NCBI GenBank assembly: GCA_963771175.1
Contig: CAVYSY010000033.1
Coordinates: 160,001 to 224,000, forward strand
DNA: 64,000 bases
Reading direction: 5' to 3'
Source of the DNA: an uncultured delta proteobacterium
GTDB lineage: Bacteria > Myxococcota > Myxococcia > Myxococcales > Myxococcaceae
Shown: piece after piece, positions 32,499 through 42,532 of the stretch
Layout of the letters: every line of letters begins with the position of its first letter
How positions within the stretch are numbered: the stretch's first letter is position 1
Notes under the pieces: generated by a model
Database searches by the model: none
What the model saw: the letters and a program-made list of their open reading frames with translations, nothing else
What the model was told of the DNA's origin: nothing
Position numbers and translations under genes: made by a program

Positions 32499-34306
32499 AT
32501 GAGCCTGCTCGCCGACGCTCCGCTCGCAAAGCGCGCCCGACGCCTCCACCCAGATCGTCACCCACGGTCCCGCCTACCTGTGCGGCCGGCCGCTGGGGGA
32601 GATCCTCCGTGCCACCTCGGGCCTCACCGAGGAGAAGCTCCAGGAGGCGCTCCAGCTCCAGACCGAGAAGGGCGGCCGGCTGGGCGAGGTCCTGGTGGGC
32701 ATGAAGGCCGTCAGCGAGGAGGACGTGGCCAAGGCGCTCGGCCTCCAGCTCGACATGCCCTACCTGGCGCGCCTCTTCCTCGAGGAGGTGGACGCCGAGC
32801 TGGTCAAGCGGGTGCCCATCAACTTCGCCAAGCAGGCGCAGCTCCTGCCGCTCGCCGTGGATGGGGACGCCGTGGTCCTGGCGGTGGCGGATCCGCTGGA
32901 CACCACCGTGCTGGACCACGCGCGCATGCTGCTGGGCGCAGAACATCCAGCCGCGCATCGCGCTCGGCTCCACCATCACTCGACGCCATCAACAGCGTCT
33001 ACGACCGCGCCTCCAACGAGGCCGAGCAGCTCGTGGACGAGCTGGAGGCCGACGGACCTCGACTCCCTCGCCCACGAGCTGGAGGAGGCTGAAGGACCTG
33101 CTCGACGACGCGGGCGACGAGGCGCCCATCATCCGCCTGGTCAACTCCGCTGCTCTTCCGCGCCGTCAAGGAGCGCGCCAGCGACATCCACATCGAGCCC
33201 GTGCGAGCGCGAGCTCGTGGTGCGCTTCCGCATGGACGGCGTGCTGCAGGAGATCATCAAGCCGCCCAAGCGCTACCAGAACGCCATCGTCAGCCGCGTG
33301 AAGATCATGGGCCAGCTCAACATCGCGGAGAAGCGCCTGCCCCAGGACGGCCGCATCCGCATCAAGATCGCCGGCCAGGACATCGACATCCGTCTGTCCG
33401 ACCATCCCCACCGCCTACGGCGAGCGCATCGTCATGCGCCTGCTGGACAAGAACGCCACGCTGCTGGACCTGACCGAGCTGGGCATGGCCGCCGACACGC
33501 TGGAGGGCATGGAGCACGTCATCCGCCGCCCGCACGGCATCATCCTGGTCACCGGCCCCACCGGCTAGCGGCAAGACGACCACGCTCTACGCCGCGCTCT
33601 CGCGCATCAACACGCCCGGACCTCAACATCCTCACCGTCGAGGACCCGGTGGAGTACCAGCTCACGGGCATCAACCAGATGCCGGTCAACCCGAAGATCG
33701 GCCTGACCTTCGCCCAGGGCCTGCGCGCCTTCCTGCGCCAGGACCCGGACGTCATCATGGTCGGCGAAATCCGCGACCAGGAGACGGCGGAGATCGCCAT
33801 CCAGGCCTCGCTGACCGGCCACCTGGTGTTCTCCACGCTGCACACCAACGACGCGGCCGGCGCCGTCACCCGCCTGGTCGACATGGGCGTCGAGCCCTTC
33901 CTGGTGGCCTCCTCGCTGCATCGGCCATCCTCGCCCAGCGCCTGGTGCGCCGCGTCTGCCCGGACTGCCGGGTGCCGTACACGCCCACCGAGGAGGAGCT
34001 GAAGGAGCTCGGCATGTCGCGGGCGCAGTTCAAGGAGCGCTACGGCGTGCGAGAAGATCTACAAGGCCGAGCCGGCTGCCCCACGTGCAGCAGAACGGCT
34101 ACCGGGGCCGCACCGCGATCTACGAGCTGATGCTGGTGGACGACGACGTGCGCCAGCTCGTCCTCAAGAACGTGGACTCCTCCACCATCAAGAAGGCCGG
34201 CGTCGACAAGGGCATGCGCACCCTGCTGCGACGACGGCGCGCGCAAGGTCGCCCTGGGCGAGACCACCATCGCCGAGGTCCTCAGCGTCACCCAGGAGGA
34301 TTCTAA
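32499..34306 (+). CDS. gspE: Type II secretion ATPase E with N-terminal MshEN-like domain, frameshifted
   Basis: [16 protein letters not shown], Walker A GPTGSGKT after correction, [32 protein letters not shown] Zn motif, GYRGR. Confidence 0.95.
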
Positions 34307-34371
34307 AGGACTCCCGCCCCGAGCCGCCGGAAGGGAAAGGCTCGGGGCGCGGTTTTACTCCGCGAGCCACC

Positions 34372-35626
34372 ATGCCAGTCTTCGAGTACAAGGGCCTCAA
34401 TCGAGGCCGGAAAGCCCATCAGCGGGATGCGGGAGGCGGATTCGCCCAAGACCCTGCGCGCCCAGCTGCGCAAGGACGGCATCTTCCTCACGGACGTCAT
34501 CGGGAAGGCCGAGGGCAGCCGGCCGGCGTTCGCAAGGGCGCCAACGCGGCCCATGCGGACCGCGAGCTGAAGATGGGCGGCGGCGGCCGCATCACCACCG
34601 ATGACATCGCCATCACCACGCGCCAGCTCGCCACGCTGCTCGGCGCGGGCGTGACGCTGGTCGAGGCCCTCACCGCGCTGGTGGATCAGGTCGAGAAGGA
34701 GAAGCTCAAGCGCATCATCTCCGACGTGAAGCAGCGCGTGAACGAGGGCAAGTCCCTCGGTGACTCGCTCGCGGCCCACGAGAAGGTGTTCGGCGCGCTC
34801 TACGTCAACATGGTGCGCGCCGGCGAGCACTCGGGCGCGCTGGACGTGGTGCTGCTGCGTCTGGCCGACTTCACCGAGAGCCAGGCCAAGCTGCAGCAGA
34901 AGATCATCGGCACGATGACCTACCCGGCGATCATGATGGTGGTCGGCGTGGGCATCCTCACGCTGCTGATGGTGGTCGTCATCCCGAAGGTCACGAAGAT
35001 CTTCACCGACGATGAAGGCCACCCTGCCCTTCACCACCCGCATCCTCATCTGGGGCAGTCAACTTCCTGCGGGACTGGTGGTTCATCCTCTTCCCGCTCA
35101 TCGTGTCGGCATCATCTTCGGCCTGACGACGTACTTCCGCAGCCCCAAGGGCAAGCCGGTGTGGGATCGCTTCGTCCTCAAGGCGCCCATCTTCGGCAGC
35201 CTGCTGCGGCTGCTGGCCATCTCGCGCTTCTCCCGCACGCTCGCCACCCTGCTCAAGAGCGGCGTGCCGCTGCTGACGGCCATGGACATCGTCAAGGCGG
35301 TGATGACCAACTCGGTGCTGGCCGAGGTGGTCGAGAAGGCCCGCGACGCCATCCGCGAGGGCGAGAGCATCGCCGGGCCGCTCAAGCGCTCGGGCGAGTT
35401 CCCCCCGCTCGTCTACCACATGGTCGCCATCGGCGAGCGCTCCGGCCAGCTCGAGGACATGCTCCTCAACGTGGCCGACAGCTACGAGAACCAGGTGAAC
35501 GTGCGCATCGGCGCCCTCACCTCCATGCTCGAGCCCATCCTCATCGTGTTCATGGGCGTGATCATTGCATTCGTCGCCTTCTCGATCCTGATGCCGATTC
35601 TGCAGGTGAACTCGGCCATCCGGTGA
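34372..35626 (+). CDS. gspF: Type II secretion inner membrane platform protein F, frameshifted
   Basis: MPVFEYKG, TRQLATLLGAG, YVNMVRAGEHSG, FSRTLATLLKSGVP, GERSGQL, LEP. Confidence 0.95.
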
Positions 35627-35639
35627 GGGAGGCATCCCG

Positions 35640-35789
35640 ATGAACGACTCGCTCGACCGGTGGATCCAGGGCGTTACCCTCGCGGCGCTGCTCGCCCTGA
35701 CGGCGACGCTGCTCACCGTGGGGGTGGCCCTGTACTCCGCCGACTCCGAGGCCGGCACGACGGCCAGCAGCAGCACGACGCAACCCTAG
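35640..35789 (+). CDS. 49-aa single-TM small protein between gspF and gspG
   Basis: GGGAGG SD; MNDSLDRWIQGVTLAALLALTATLLTVGVALYSADSEAGTTASSSTTQP* (below the ORF-track cutoff). Confidence 0.55.
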   Translation: MNDSLDRWIQGVTLAALLALTATLLTVGVALYSADSEAGTTASSSTTQP

Positions 35790-35855
35790 GACATTTTGAC
35801 AGCAACCACTCCCCAACGACCCGGCGGCTTGCCGAAAAGTCACGAGAGGACAGAC

Positions 35856-36278
35856 ATGAGCGACAAGAAGACGAAGCAGCAGCGTCGCCGCCAGCGCGGC
35901 ATGACCCTCATCGAGATCATGGTGGTGATCACCATCCTCGGCCTGATCATGGCCGCGGTGGGCGTGGCCGTCATTCCGAAGCTCGACGAGGCCAAGCAGG
36001 ACACGGCGCGGCTGGACATGGCCAACATCAACCAGGCCCTCAAGCTCTACTACGCCAAGAAGGGCAAGTTCCCCGACACCGGCACCGGCCTGAAGGCCCT
36101 GGTGGACACCAACAACCTGGAGCGCATCCCCACCGATCCGTGGGGCCACGAGTACATGTACATGAACGAGGGCGGCAAGCCCGTCATCATGTCCTACGGC
36201 GCGGACGGCACCGCCGGCGGCGAGGGCCCGGACTCGGACATCTCCTCGAAGGACTCGGCCGCCTCGGCCCAGAAGTAG
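35856..36278 (+). CDS. gspG: Major pseudopilin G
   Basis: Basic leader, G|MTLIE class III signal, DPWG, SYGADG.GGEG motifs. Confidence 0.92.
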   Translation: MSDKKTKQQRRRQRGMTLIEIMVVITILGLIMAAVGVAVIPKLDEAKQDTARLDMANINQALKLYYAKKGKFPDTGTGLKALVDTNNLERIPTDPWGHEYMYMNEGGKPVIMSYGADGTAGGEGPDSDISSKDSAASAQK

Positions 36279-36309
36279 CAAGCAAGACGCGAAGACAGGA
36301 ACGACGATC

Positions 36310-36792
36310 ATGACTCCCGAGCACGCCCCCACGCACATGCAGACCGAAGAGACGGTGCGCCCGTCCCGCGTGGGGCGGCTCATCGTCGCCCTCGTCATCC
36401 TCGCGGCCACCGCGGGGGCCTTCGGCATCGCCCGCCTCACCTTCGACCCGACGCTCAGCCTGGTGCAGCGCCAGGCGCGAGCGGAGATCCGCGGCCTGGA
36501 GGGCTACTTCAAGTCCTTCCACCGCATCACCGGGCGCTTCCCCTCCCAGGCGGAGAACTTCTATCCGCTCCTCCAGGTGGGTCTCATCAAGGAGATCCCC
36601 GTGGATCCCTGGGGCCGCACGTACCAGTACCGGATGGACGGCGGGAAGGGCTACGTCATGTCGTACGGCTCGGACGGTGTGCCCGGTGGCACCGGGGATG
36701 CCTCGGACCTCATCAGCGGCGGCGTGCTGAACAACGCCATCTTGGGCACGCCCCAGCAGCAGCAGGAGGCGGCACAGGGAGGACAGCCATGA
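36310..36792 (+). CDS. Second GspG-like protein lacking the prepilin cleavage motif
   Basis: T2SSG-like C-terminus (DPWGRTYQY, SYGSDGVPGG), but the N-terminal TM has no G|xxxxE motif. Confidence 0.75.
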   Translation: MTPEHAPTHMQTEETVRPSRVGRLIVALVILAATAGAFGIARLTFDPTLSLVQRQARAEIRGLEGYFKSFHRITGRFPSQAENFYPLLQVGLIKEIPVDPWGRTYQYRMDGGKGYVMSYGSDGVPGGTGDASDLISGGVLNNAILGTPQQQQEAAQGGQP

Positions 36793-37499
36793 GCGTGCTC
36801 GCTCGCCAGCGGGCTCGGGAGCGCGGCCTCACCCTCATCGAGGTGTCGATCTCGCTGGCCATCGCCGCGGTGCTGTTCGCCGCCGTCACCATCTCCATCG
36901 GCGCCGTCACCGGCGCCAAGGCCAAGGCATCCGCCAGCGAGCTGGCCGGCGTCATGCGCTCGCTGTACGACACCGCCGCGCTCAGCGGGAAGACGTGCCG
37001 GCTCGTCTTCGAGCTGGCCGATCCCAAGGCCGAGGACAGCGCCACGAGCTACCACGCCGAGTGCGCCGCGGGGAACGTCACCACCTCGCGCGACCGCGAC
37101 GAGATGCTGCGCGAGGAGAGCCGCGACCGTGAGAAGCGCGACAAGGGAGGCGACTCGCGCCGCAACTACACCCGCGGCAGCGACGGCGAGCCCGGGCTGG
37201 ACGAGATCATGGCCCAGGAGGAGGGCCGCGTGGAGGACGCCGCGCGCTTCTCCGCCTTCACCGCCGAGGAGCTCAAGCCCCGCGAGCTGCCCGGGGGCGT
37301 CGCCGTCTCCATCTGGACGCGCCACCAGCGCGAGGCCATCGACAAGGGGGTCGCCTACCTCTACTTCTTCCCCCAGGGTTACACGGAGAAGGCCCACGTC
37401 TACGTGCGCCAGGGAGACAACGTCTGGACGCTCACCGTCGCCCCGCTGACCGGCAAGGTCACCATCGTGGGCGAGGCGCTGGAGGTTCCCCGGTCATGA
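36789..37499 (+). CDS. gspH: Minor pseudopilin H
   Basis: G|LTLIE prepilin motif; YLYFFPQG; position in the operon. Confidence 0.8.
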   Translation: MSVLARQRARERGLTLIEVSISLAIAAVLFAAVTISIGAVTGAKAKASASELAGVMRSLYDTAALSGKTCRLVFELADPKAEDSATSYHAECAAGNVTTSRDRDEMLREESRDREKRDKGGDSRRNYTRGSDGEPGLDEIMAQEEGRVEDAARFSAFTAEELKPRELPGGVAVSIWTRHQREAIDKGVAYLYFFPQGYTEKAHVYVRQGDNVWTLTVAPLTGKVTIVGEALEVPRS

Positions 37500-38347
37500 G
37501 ACGCAACCGCGGCTTCACCCTGCTGGAGACGGTGGTGGCGCTCGCCATCCTGGCGATGGCGCTGATGGCCATCTTCGACATCAACTCCGGCGCGATCGCC
37601 AACCACTCCTACGCCAAGAAGCTCACCGTGGCCACGCTCCTGGCCCGCTCGAAGATGACGGACCTGGAGCAGACGCTCTACGACGACGGCTTCGCCGCCG
37701 ACGACAAGGAGGAGTCCGGTGACTTCTCCGAGGAGGGCTGGGACAACTTCAAGTGGCGGGCGAAGATCATCGCCCCGCAGACGGACGGCGTGTCGCCGGA
37801 TCAGCTCATTGGAGCCATCTTCAACCTCCCCATCGGAGAGGGCGGAGACCTGGGCGGCCTGGCCTCCATGTTTGGCGGAGGCGGGGGCAAGGACGACAAG
37901 GGCGGGCCCCAGCAGGGCATGAATCCCATGGCCGGCGCGGCGATGGGCATGGCCCAGCCCATGTTCACCCAGATGGTGCAGCAGATCACCCAGACGGTGC
38001 GCGAGGTGCACCTCACCGTCTACTGGAAGGACGGCACGCAGGTGGAGAGCCTGGACCTGGTCACCCACGTGGTGTCGCTGGGCCCCGGCTCGGACCGCAA
38101 CGGCGGGTTCCAGCCCAGCAGCGGCACGCAGCCGGGGGACACGTCCAACCAGTGGGTGAACCCGAGCACCGGCTTCATCGTGCAGAACGCCGTCGCGGGC
38201 CCCGGCGGAATGGTGGACCCGGCGACCGGTCAGCAGTTGATGCGGCGCTCGGACTGGCTGCAGCAGCGGGGTGGTGGTGCCGGCGGCGGAGGCATCGTGC
38301 CGCCCGGCGGTCTGCCCGGCCTGCCGGGGGAGGTGAAGCCTCGATGA
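37496..38347 (+). CDS. gspI: Minor pseudopilin I with long Gly/Met-rich insertions
   Basis: G|FTLLETVVALAI; position in the operon. Confidence 0.8.
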   Translation: MRRNRGFTLLETVVALAILAMALMAIFDINSGAIANHSYAKKLTVATLLARSKMTDLEQTLYDDGFAADDKEESGDFSEEGWDNFKWRAKIIAPQTDGVSPDQLIGAIFNLPIGEGGDLGGLASMFGGGGGKDDKGGPQQGMNPMAGAAMGMAQPMFTQMVQQITQTVREVHLTVYWKDGTQVESLDLVTHVVSLGPGSDRNGGFQPSSGTQPGDTSNQWVNPSTGFIVQNAVAGPGGMVDPATGQQLMRRSDWLQQRGGGAGGGGIVPPGGLPGLPGEVKPR

Positions 38348-39015
38348 AGCGCTCGGCGCGTGGTTTCACGCTGATGGAGATCATGATCGCCGTGGCCATC
38401 ACCGCCCTCATGGGCGCGATGGTAGCCATGGCCTTCCAGACGGGCTTCAACGCCAAGGAAGTGGTGGAGACCGAGGCCGACCACTACCGCATGCTGCGCG
38501 TGGCCATGAACCGCATGGCGCGGGAGATCAGCTCGGCGTACGTGAGCGACCGCTACGACGGGCGGCGCTACCGGGACCAGAACGACCGGCCGACCAACTT
38601 CGTGGGCGAGGAGGACCGGCTGCTCTTCACCACCTTCTCGCACCAGCGCATGTACACGGACGCCAAGGAGTCCGATCAGGCGATCGTGGAGTACTCCATC
38701 CAGTCGTCCTCCGAACGAGGGGCCAACGGTCGTCAGGACCTGATGCGCCGCGAGAATCCGAATGTTGAAGACCGAATGGACCGCGGCGGAACCACGGATG
38801 TGCTCTTCGAGGGAGTAAAGAAGCTGGAGCTCGCCTACTGGAACAGCGAGCGGAAGGAGTGGGACGACGAGTGGGACACCCGCCGGCTGGAGCAGAAGAC
38901 AAAGCTCCCCACGCGTGTTCGCATCACCCTGGTAGCGCTCGACGAGAACGGCAAGGAAGTGCGCTACACCACCCAGACCCGTGTGATGCTCAACACGGAG
39001 CTCCCCCGGTACTGA
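38344..39015 (+). CDS. gspJ: Minor pseudopilin J
   Basis: G|FTLMEIMIA; W..EWD, LPTRVRITL C-terminal motifs. Confidence 0.85.
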   Translation: MKRSARGFTLMEIMIAVAITALMGAMVAMAFQTGFNAKEVVETEADHYRMLRVAMNRMAREISSAYVSDRYDGRRYRDQNDRPTNFVGEEDRLLFTTFSHQRMYTDAKESDQAIVEYSIQSSSERGANGRQDLMRRENPNVEDRMDRGGTTDVLFEGVKKLELAYWNSERKEWDDEWDTRRLEQKTKLPTRVRITLVALDENGKEVRYTTQTRVMLNTELPRY

Positions 39016-39016
39016 G

Positions 39017-40375
39017 ATGAAGAGCCCCAAGCATGAGAAGGCCCGGCGGGCGAACGCTCGCCGCGATGCCCGCCAGAAGCGCGCTCAGCGCGGCGTGGCG
39101 CTCATCATCGCGGTGGTGGCCATCACCCTGCTGACCGTGGTGGCCACGGAGTTCGCCTACAACACGCGCGTGGACCTCCAGCTCGCGGCCAACCAGCGCG
39201 ACGAGCTGCAGGCCACGTACATGGCGCGCTCCGGCGTGGCGCTCTCGCGCCTGCTGCTGCGCTTCCAGAAGCAGGTGGACCAGACGCCCATCCCCAACAT
39301 CGGGGACATGCTGCGCAACCTCCCGGGCATGGGAGGCGGCGCGGGAGCGGGCGCCGGCGCGCAGCAGCCCGCCTCCACGCTCAACCTCCAGCTCTGGAAG
39401 CTGGCCCGGGTGGACTGCCACATGCTCCGGGGCCTGGTGAAGGGCGGCGGCGCCGAGGTCGAGGGTGAGGAGGAAGGCCCCGTTGCCCCCGCGCTCCACG
39501 ACGAAGAGGACGAGAAGTCGTCCGAGGTCTCGCTGGCCCCCGCCAAGCGCTCCTTCGGCAGCTTCGACGGCTGCTTCCTCTCCACCATCTCGGACGAGGA
39601 GGAGAAGCTCAACCTGCACCGCCTCAACGCGGGCAGTGGCGATGCGCTCCCCACCATCATGCGGTTGATGGACCTGCTCGGGGACAAGCGCTTCGAGTTC
39701 CTGTTCTCGCGCGAGGATGCCAACGGCGCCCGCGTGAACCCGCAGGACGTCATCATCGCCATCAAGGACTGGGTGGACGAGGACCAGGTGCAGTCGGCGC
39801 TGAACGTCAATGATCCGGTCAATCCGCTCACCGCCGGCTTCTCCGACGAGGGCTCGCCCTACAGCCGCTACGAGCCGCGCTACCAGCCGAAGAACGCGCG
39901 CTTCGACAGCATGGACGAGCTGTACCGCATCCATGGGGTGTCGGATCGCTTCATGGCCGCCTTCCGGGACCGGCTCACCGTGTACCCGGACGTCAACTCC
40001 AAGCCCAACGTCAACACGGATGACCCGCTGATGATCTACATGGCCATCCTGTCGGCGGCGGACCCGGCGCGACCGGACCCGCGGTTGAAGGACCCGGTCT
40101 TCGTGCAAGAACTCATCACCCGCATCCGCTCGGCGCGGGCCTTCAGCTTCCTGGGGACGAGCGTGGCCGACTTCGTGACGGCCATCGAGTCCGCGGGCAT
40201 CGCCGTCAACCCGGCCCTCAAGGCGAACGTGGCTGGCAACCGCCTGCTGGGCGACAAGAGCAACACTTTCAGCATCAAGTCCGTGGGTGAGGCGGGGTCG
40301 GTCCAGAAGACCATCACCGCCGTCATCAAGCTCGACACCGGGCTCGGACAACTCCTGTATTGGAGAGAGGAATAA
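39017..40375 (+). CDS. gspK: Minor pseudopilin K
   Basis: RG|VALI (no Glu5); DEEEKLNL, IKDWVDED, FDSMDEL, NVNT. Confidence 0.9.
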   Translation: MKSPKHEKARRANARRDARQKRAQRGVALIIAVVAITLLTVVATEFAYNTRVDLQLAANQRDELQATYMARSGVALSRLLLRFQKQVDQTPIPNIGDMLRNLPGMGGGAGAGAGAQQPASTLNLQLWKLARVDCHMLRGLVKGGGAEVEGEEEGPVAPALHDEEDEKSSEVSLAPAKRSFGSFDGCFLSTISDEEEKLNLHRLNAGSGDALPTIMRLMDLLGDKRFEFLFSREDANGARVNPQDVIIAIKDWVDEDQVQSALNVNDPVNPLTAGFSDEGSPYSRYEPRYQPKNARFDSMDELYRIHGVSDRFMAAFRDRLTVYPDVNSKPNVNTDDPLMIYMAILSAADPARPDPRLKDPVFVQELITRIRSARAFSFLGTSVADFVTAIESAGIAVNPALKANVAGNRLLGDKSNTFSIKSVGEAGSVQKTITAVIKLDTGLGQLLYWREE

Positions 40376-40378
40376 CGA

Positions 40379-41971
40379 ATGGCCCGGATTCTTGGTCTGG
40401 ACCTGGGCAGCCACTCGGTGAAGGGGTTGCTGCTCGACGCGAATACGCGGAACCCGGTCGTGAAGGCCTACGCCGAAGTGCGCCGTGCTCCCGAGGGAGA
40501 TCGTCAGGAGACGCTGCGCGCGGCGCTGCGTGAGTTGCTGGCGAAGCCGGAGCTGCAACACCCGGATCAGGTGGTGGTAGCACTGCCCGGCCAGTCGCTG
40601 GCCACGCACCAGCTCGCCCTGCCCTTCAGCGACCCGAAGCGGATCGAGTCCACCATCGCCTTCGAGGTGGAGAGCCAGCTTCCGTTCGACCTGAGCGCGG
40701 CTGTCTACGACTACCAGATCGCCTCGCAGGTGAAGGACAAGGGTAGCGAGCTGATCGTGGGCGTGGTGCGCCGCGAGGAGCTGTCGACGCTGCTCGGAGT
40801 GCTCAACGAGGTGGGGGTGGACCCGCGTGTGGTGACGCACCCGGGCATCACCTACCAGAACCTGCTGCAGCAGCCGGAGCTCTTCGCGGGCATCGACGCG
40901 GAGACGGTAGCCATCGTGGACATCGGTCACGAGCGCACGACGCTGGCGATCGGCCGGCCCGGTCAGGGAGTGGAGTTCGCGCGCACCTTCGCCGGCGGCG
41001 GGCAGAACCTCAGCCGCGCGCTGGCCACCGAGTTCCAGACGCCGCTGCCCGAGGCGCACCAGTGGAAGGAGACGCACGGAGCGCTGGCGAGCGCGGCCCA
41101 GGCCCAGGGGCCGGATGGCGAGCGCGCCGCGGGGGCCTTCGTGCGAGGCCTGCAGGCGGTGCTGCGCGAGCTGCGCCCGTCCTTCAAGGCCTACACCGCG
41201 CGCACCCGCCGGCAGGTGGGCGCCGTGCTGCTGTGCGGCGGTACCGCGCGCATGCCGGGCATCGCCGAGCAGCTCTCCAAGGACCTGGGAATGCCGGTGC
41301 ACGTGCTGGCGCAGCCGCAGGAGACGTCGGCCGCGGCACCCGCCACGGTGCAGCCAGAGGCGATGCAGGCGTACGCGCTCGCGCTGCGTGGCCAGGCCTC
41401 GGGCGCCAAGGCGCCGCGCTTCAACCTGCGCCGGGGCGAGTTCGCCTTCAAGGGTGACTACGACTACATCAAGGACAAGATGGGGCTGCTGGCCTCGTTC
41501 GCCGCCACCCTGCTGCTGCTGCTGATCGCCACCGGCGTGGTGCGCAACTCGGTGCTGGCGCGGCGCGAGGCCCAGGTGGACGCCGTGCTGTGCGACGTCA
41601 CCCAGCGCATCCTCGGCGCGTGCGAGAAGAACTACGACCTCGCGCTCAACAAGCTCAAGGGCGTGGAGAGCCCCGCCGCGGCGCTGCCGAAGATGTCGGC
41701 CGTCAACCTGCTGGCGGAGATGACGCAGCGGGTGCCGGCGGACGTGCCGGTGACGTTCGACCGCATCGACATCGACCTCGAGCGCATCACCGTGCGCGGC
41801 GAGACGGACAGCTCCAAGCAGATCGACACCATCGCCGCCGCCCTCAAGGGCCACCGCTGCTTCAAGGAAGTGAAGGAGGGCAAGGTGGAGAAGACCCAGG
41901 GCAACAAGGTGACGTTCCGCCTGGACATCCAGGTGCAGTGCCCCGAGCAGGCCCAGGGCGGGGAGGGCTAG
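40379..41971 (+). CDS. gspL: Type II secretion protein L, PilM-like actin-fold cytoplasmic domain fused to TM and a PilN-like periplasmic domain
   Basis: GLDLGSHSVK, VDIGHERT, LLCGGTAR actin-fold motifs; TM near residue 370; position between gspK and gspM. Confidence 0.85.
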   Translation: MARILGLDLGSHSVKGLLLDANTRNPVVKAYAEVRRAPEGDRQETLRAALRELLAKPELQHPDQVVVALPGQSLATHQLALPFSDPKRIESTIAFEVESQLPFDLSAAVYDYQIASQVKDKGSELIVGVVRREELSTLLGVLNEVGVDPRVVTHPGITYQNLLQQPELFAGIDAETVAIVDIGHERTTLAIGRPGQGVEFARTFAGGGQNLSRALATEFQTPLPEAHQWKETHGALASAAQAQGPDGERAAGAFVRGLQAVLRELRPSFKAYTARTRRQVGAVLLCGGTARMPGIAEQLSKDLGMPVHVLAQPQETSAAAPATVQPEAMQAYALALRGQASGAKAPRFNLRRGEFAFKGDYDYIKDKMGLLASFAATLLLLLIATGVVRNSVLARREAQVDAVLCDVTQRILGACEKNYDLALNKLKGVESPAAALPKMSAVNLLAEMTQRVPADVPVTFDRIDIDLERITVRGETDSSKQIDTIAAALKGHRCFKEVKEGKVEKTQGNKVTFRLDIQVQCPEQAQGGEG

Positions 41972-41974
41972 GAC

Positions 41975-42532
41975 ATGGAAAAGATTCGCGGACTCCTCAA
42001 CGACGCACGCGCCTGGTTCGAGCGGCTGAGCACCCGGGAGCGCCGGATGGTGCTGACCACCGGGGGCGCGGTGCTGGCCTTCGTGCTGTTCATCATCCTC
42101 TACTCCTTCTCCAACACCGCGGACTCGTACCGCAAGCGCACGGACCAGAAGCTGGCCAAGCTGCGCGAGGTGCAGACGCTCGCGGCCAGCTACCGGCAGG
42201 CCACCGAGGCGCGGCAGGCGGTGGAGCAGCAGCTCACCTCCAGCGACGTGCGGCTCATGAGCTACATCGAGGACAAGGCCACCCGCGCGGGGCTGACCGT
42301 GCCCAACATGACGCCCAAGAACGACGTGGGCATCGGCGACGGGCAGATCATCGAGAGCTCGGTGGAGCTGACGTTCACCGACGTGGACCTGCGCAAGTTG
42401 CACACCTTCCTCATCGACGTGGAGAGCGGGCCGGGCGTGGTGAAGGTGAAGAACCTGCGCCTCGAGCCGCGCGCCTCCGCTGAAACCCTGACGGCCTGGA
42501 CGACCGTCGCCACCTACAAGATGAAGCAATGA
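41975..42532 (+). CDS. gspM: Type II secretion protein M
   Basis: WFERLSTRERRMV N-terminal motif, TM, coiled coil. Confidence 0.85.
   Translation: MEKIRGLLNDARAWFERLSTRERRMVLTTGGAVLAFVLFIILYSFSNTADSYRKRTDQKLAKLREVQTLAASYRQATEARQAVEQQLTSSDVRLMSYIEDKATRAGLTVPNMTPKNDVGIGDGQIIESSVELTFTDVDLRKLHTFLIDVESGPGVVKVKNLRLEPRASAETLTAWTTVATYKMKQ

Noticed and set aside
38990..42529. 1179-aa minus-strand ORF
   Set aside because: Antisense shadow of gspK-L-M.
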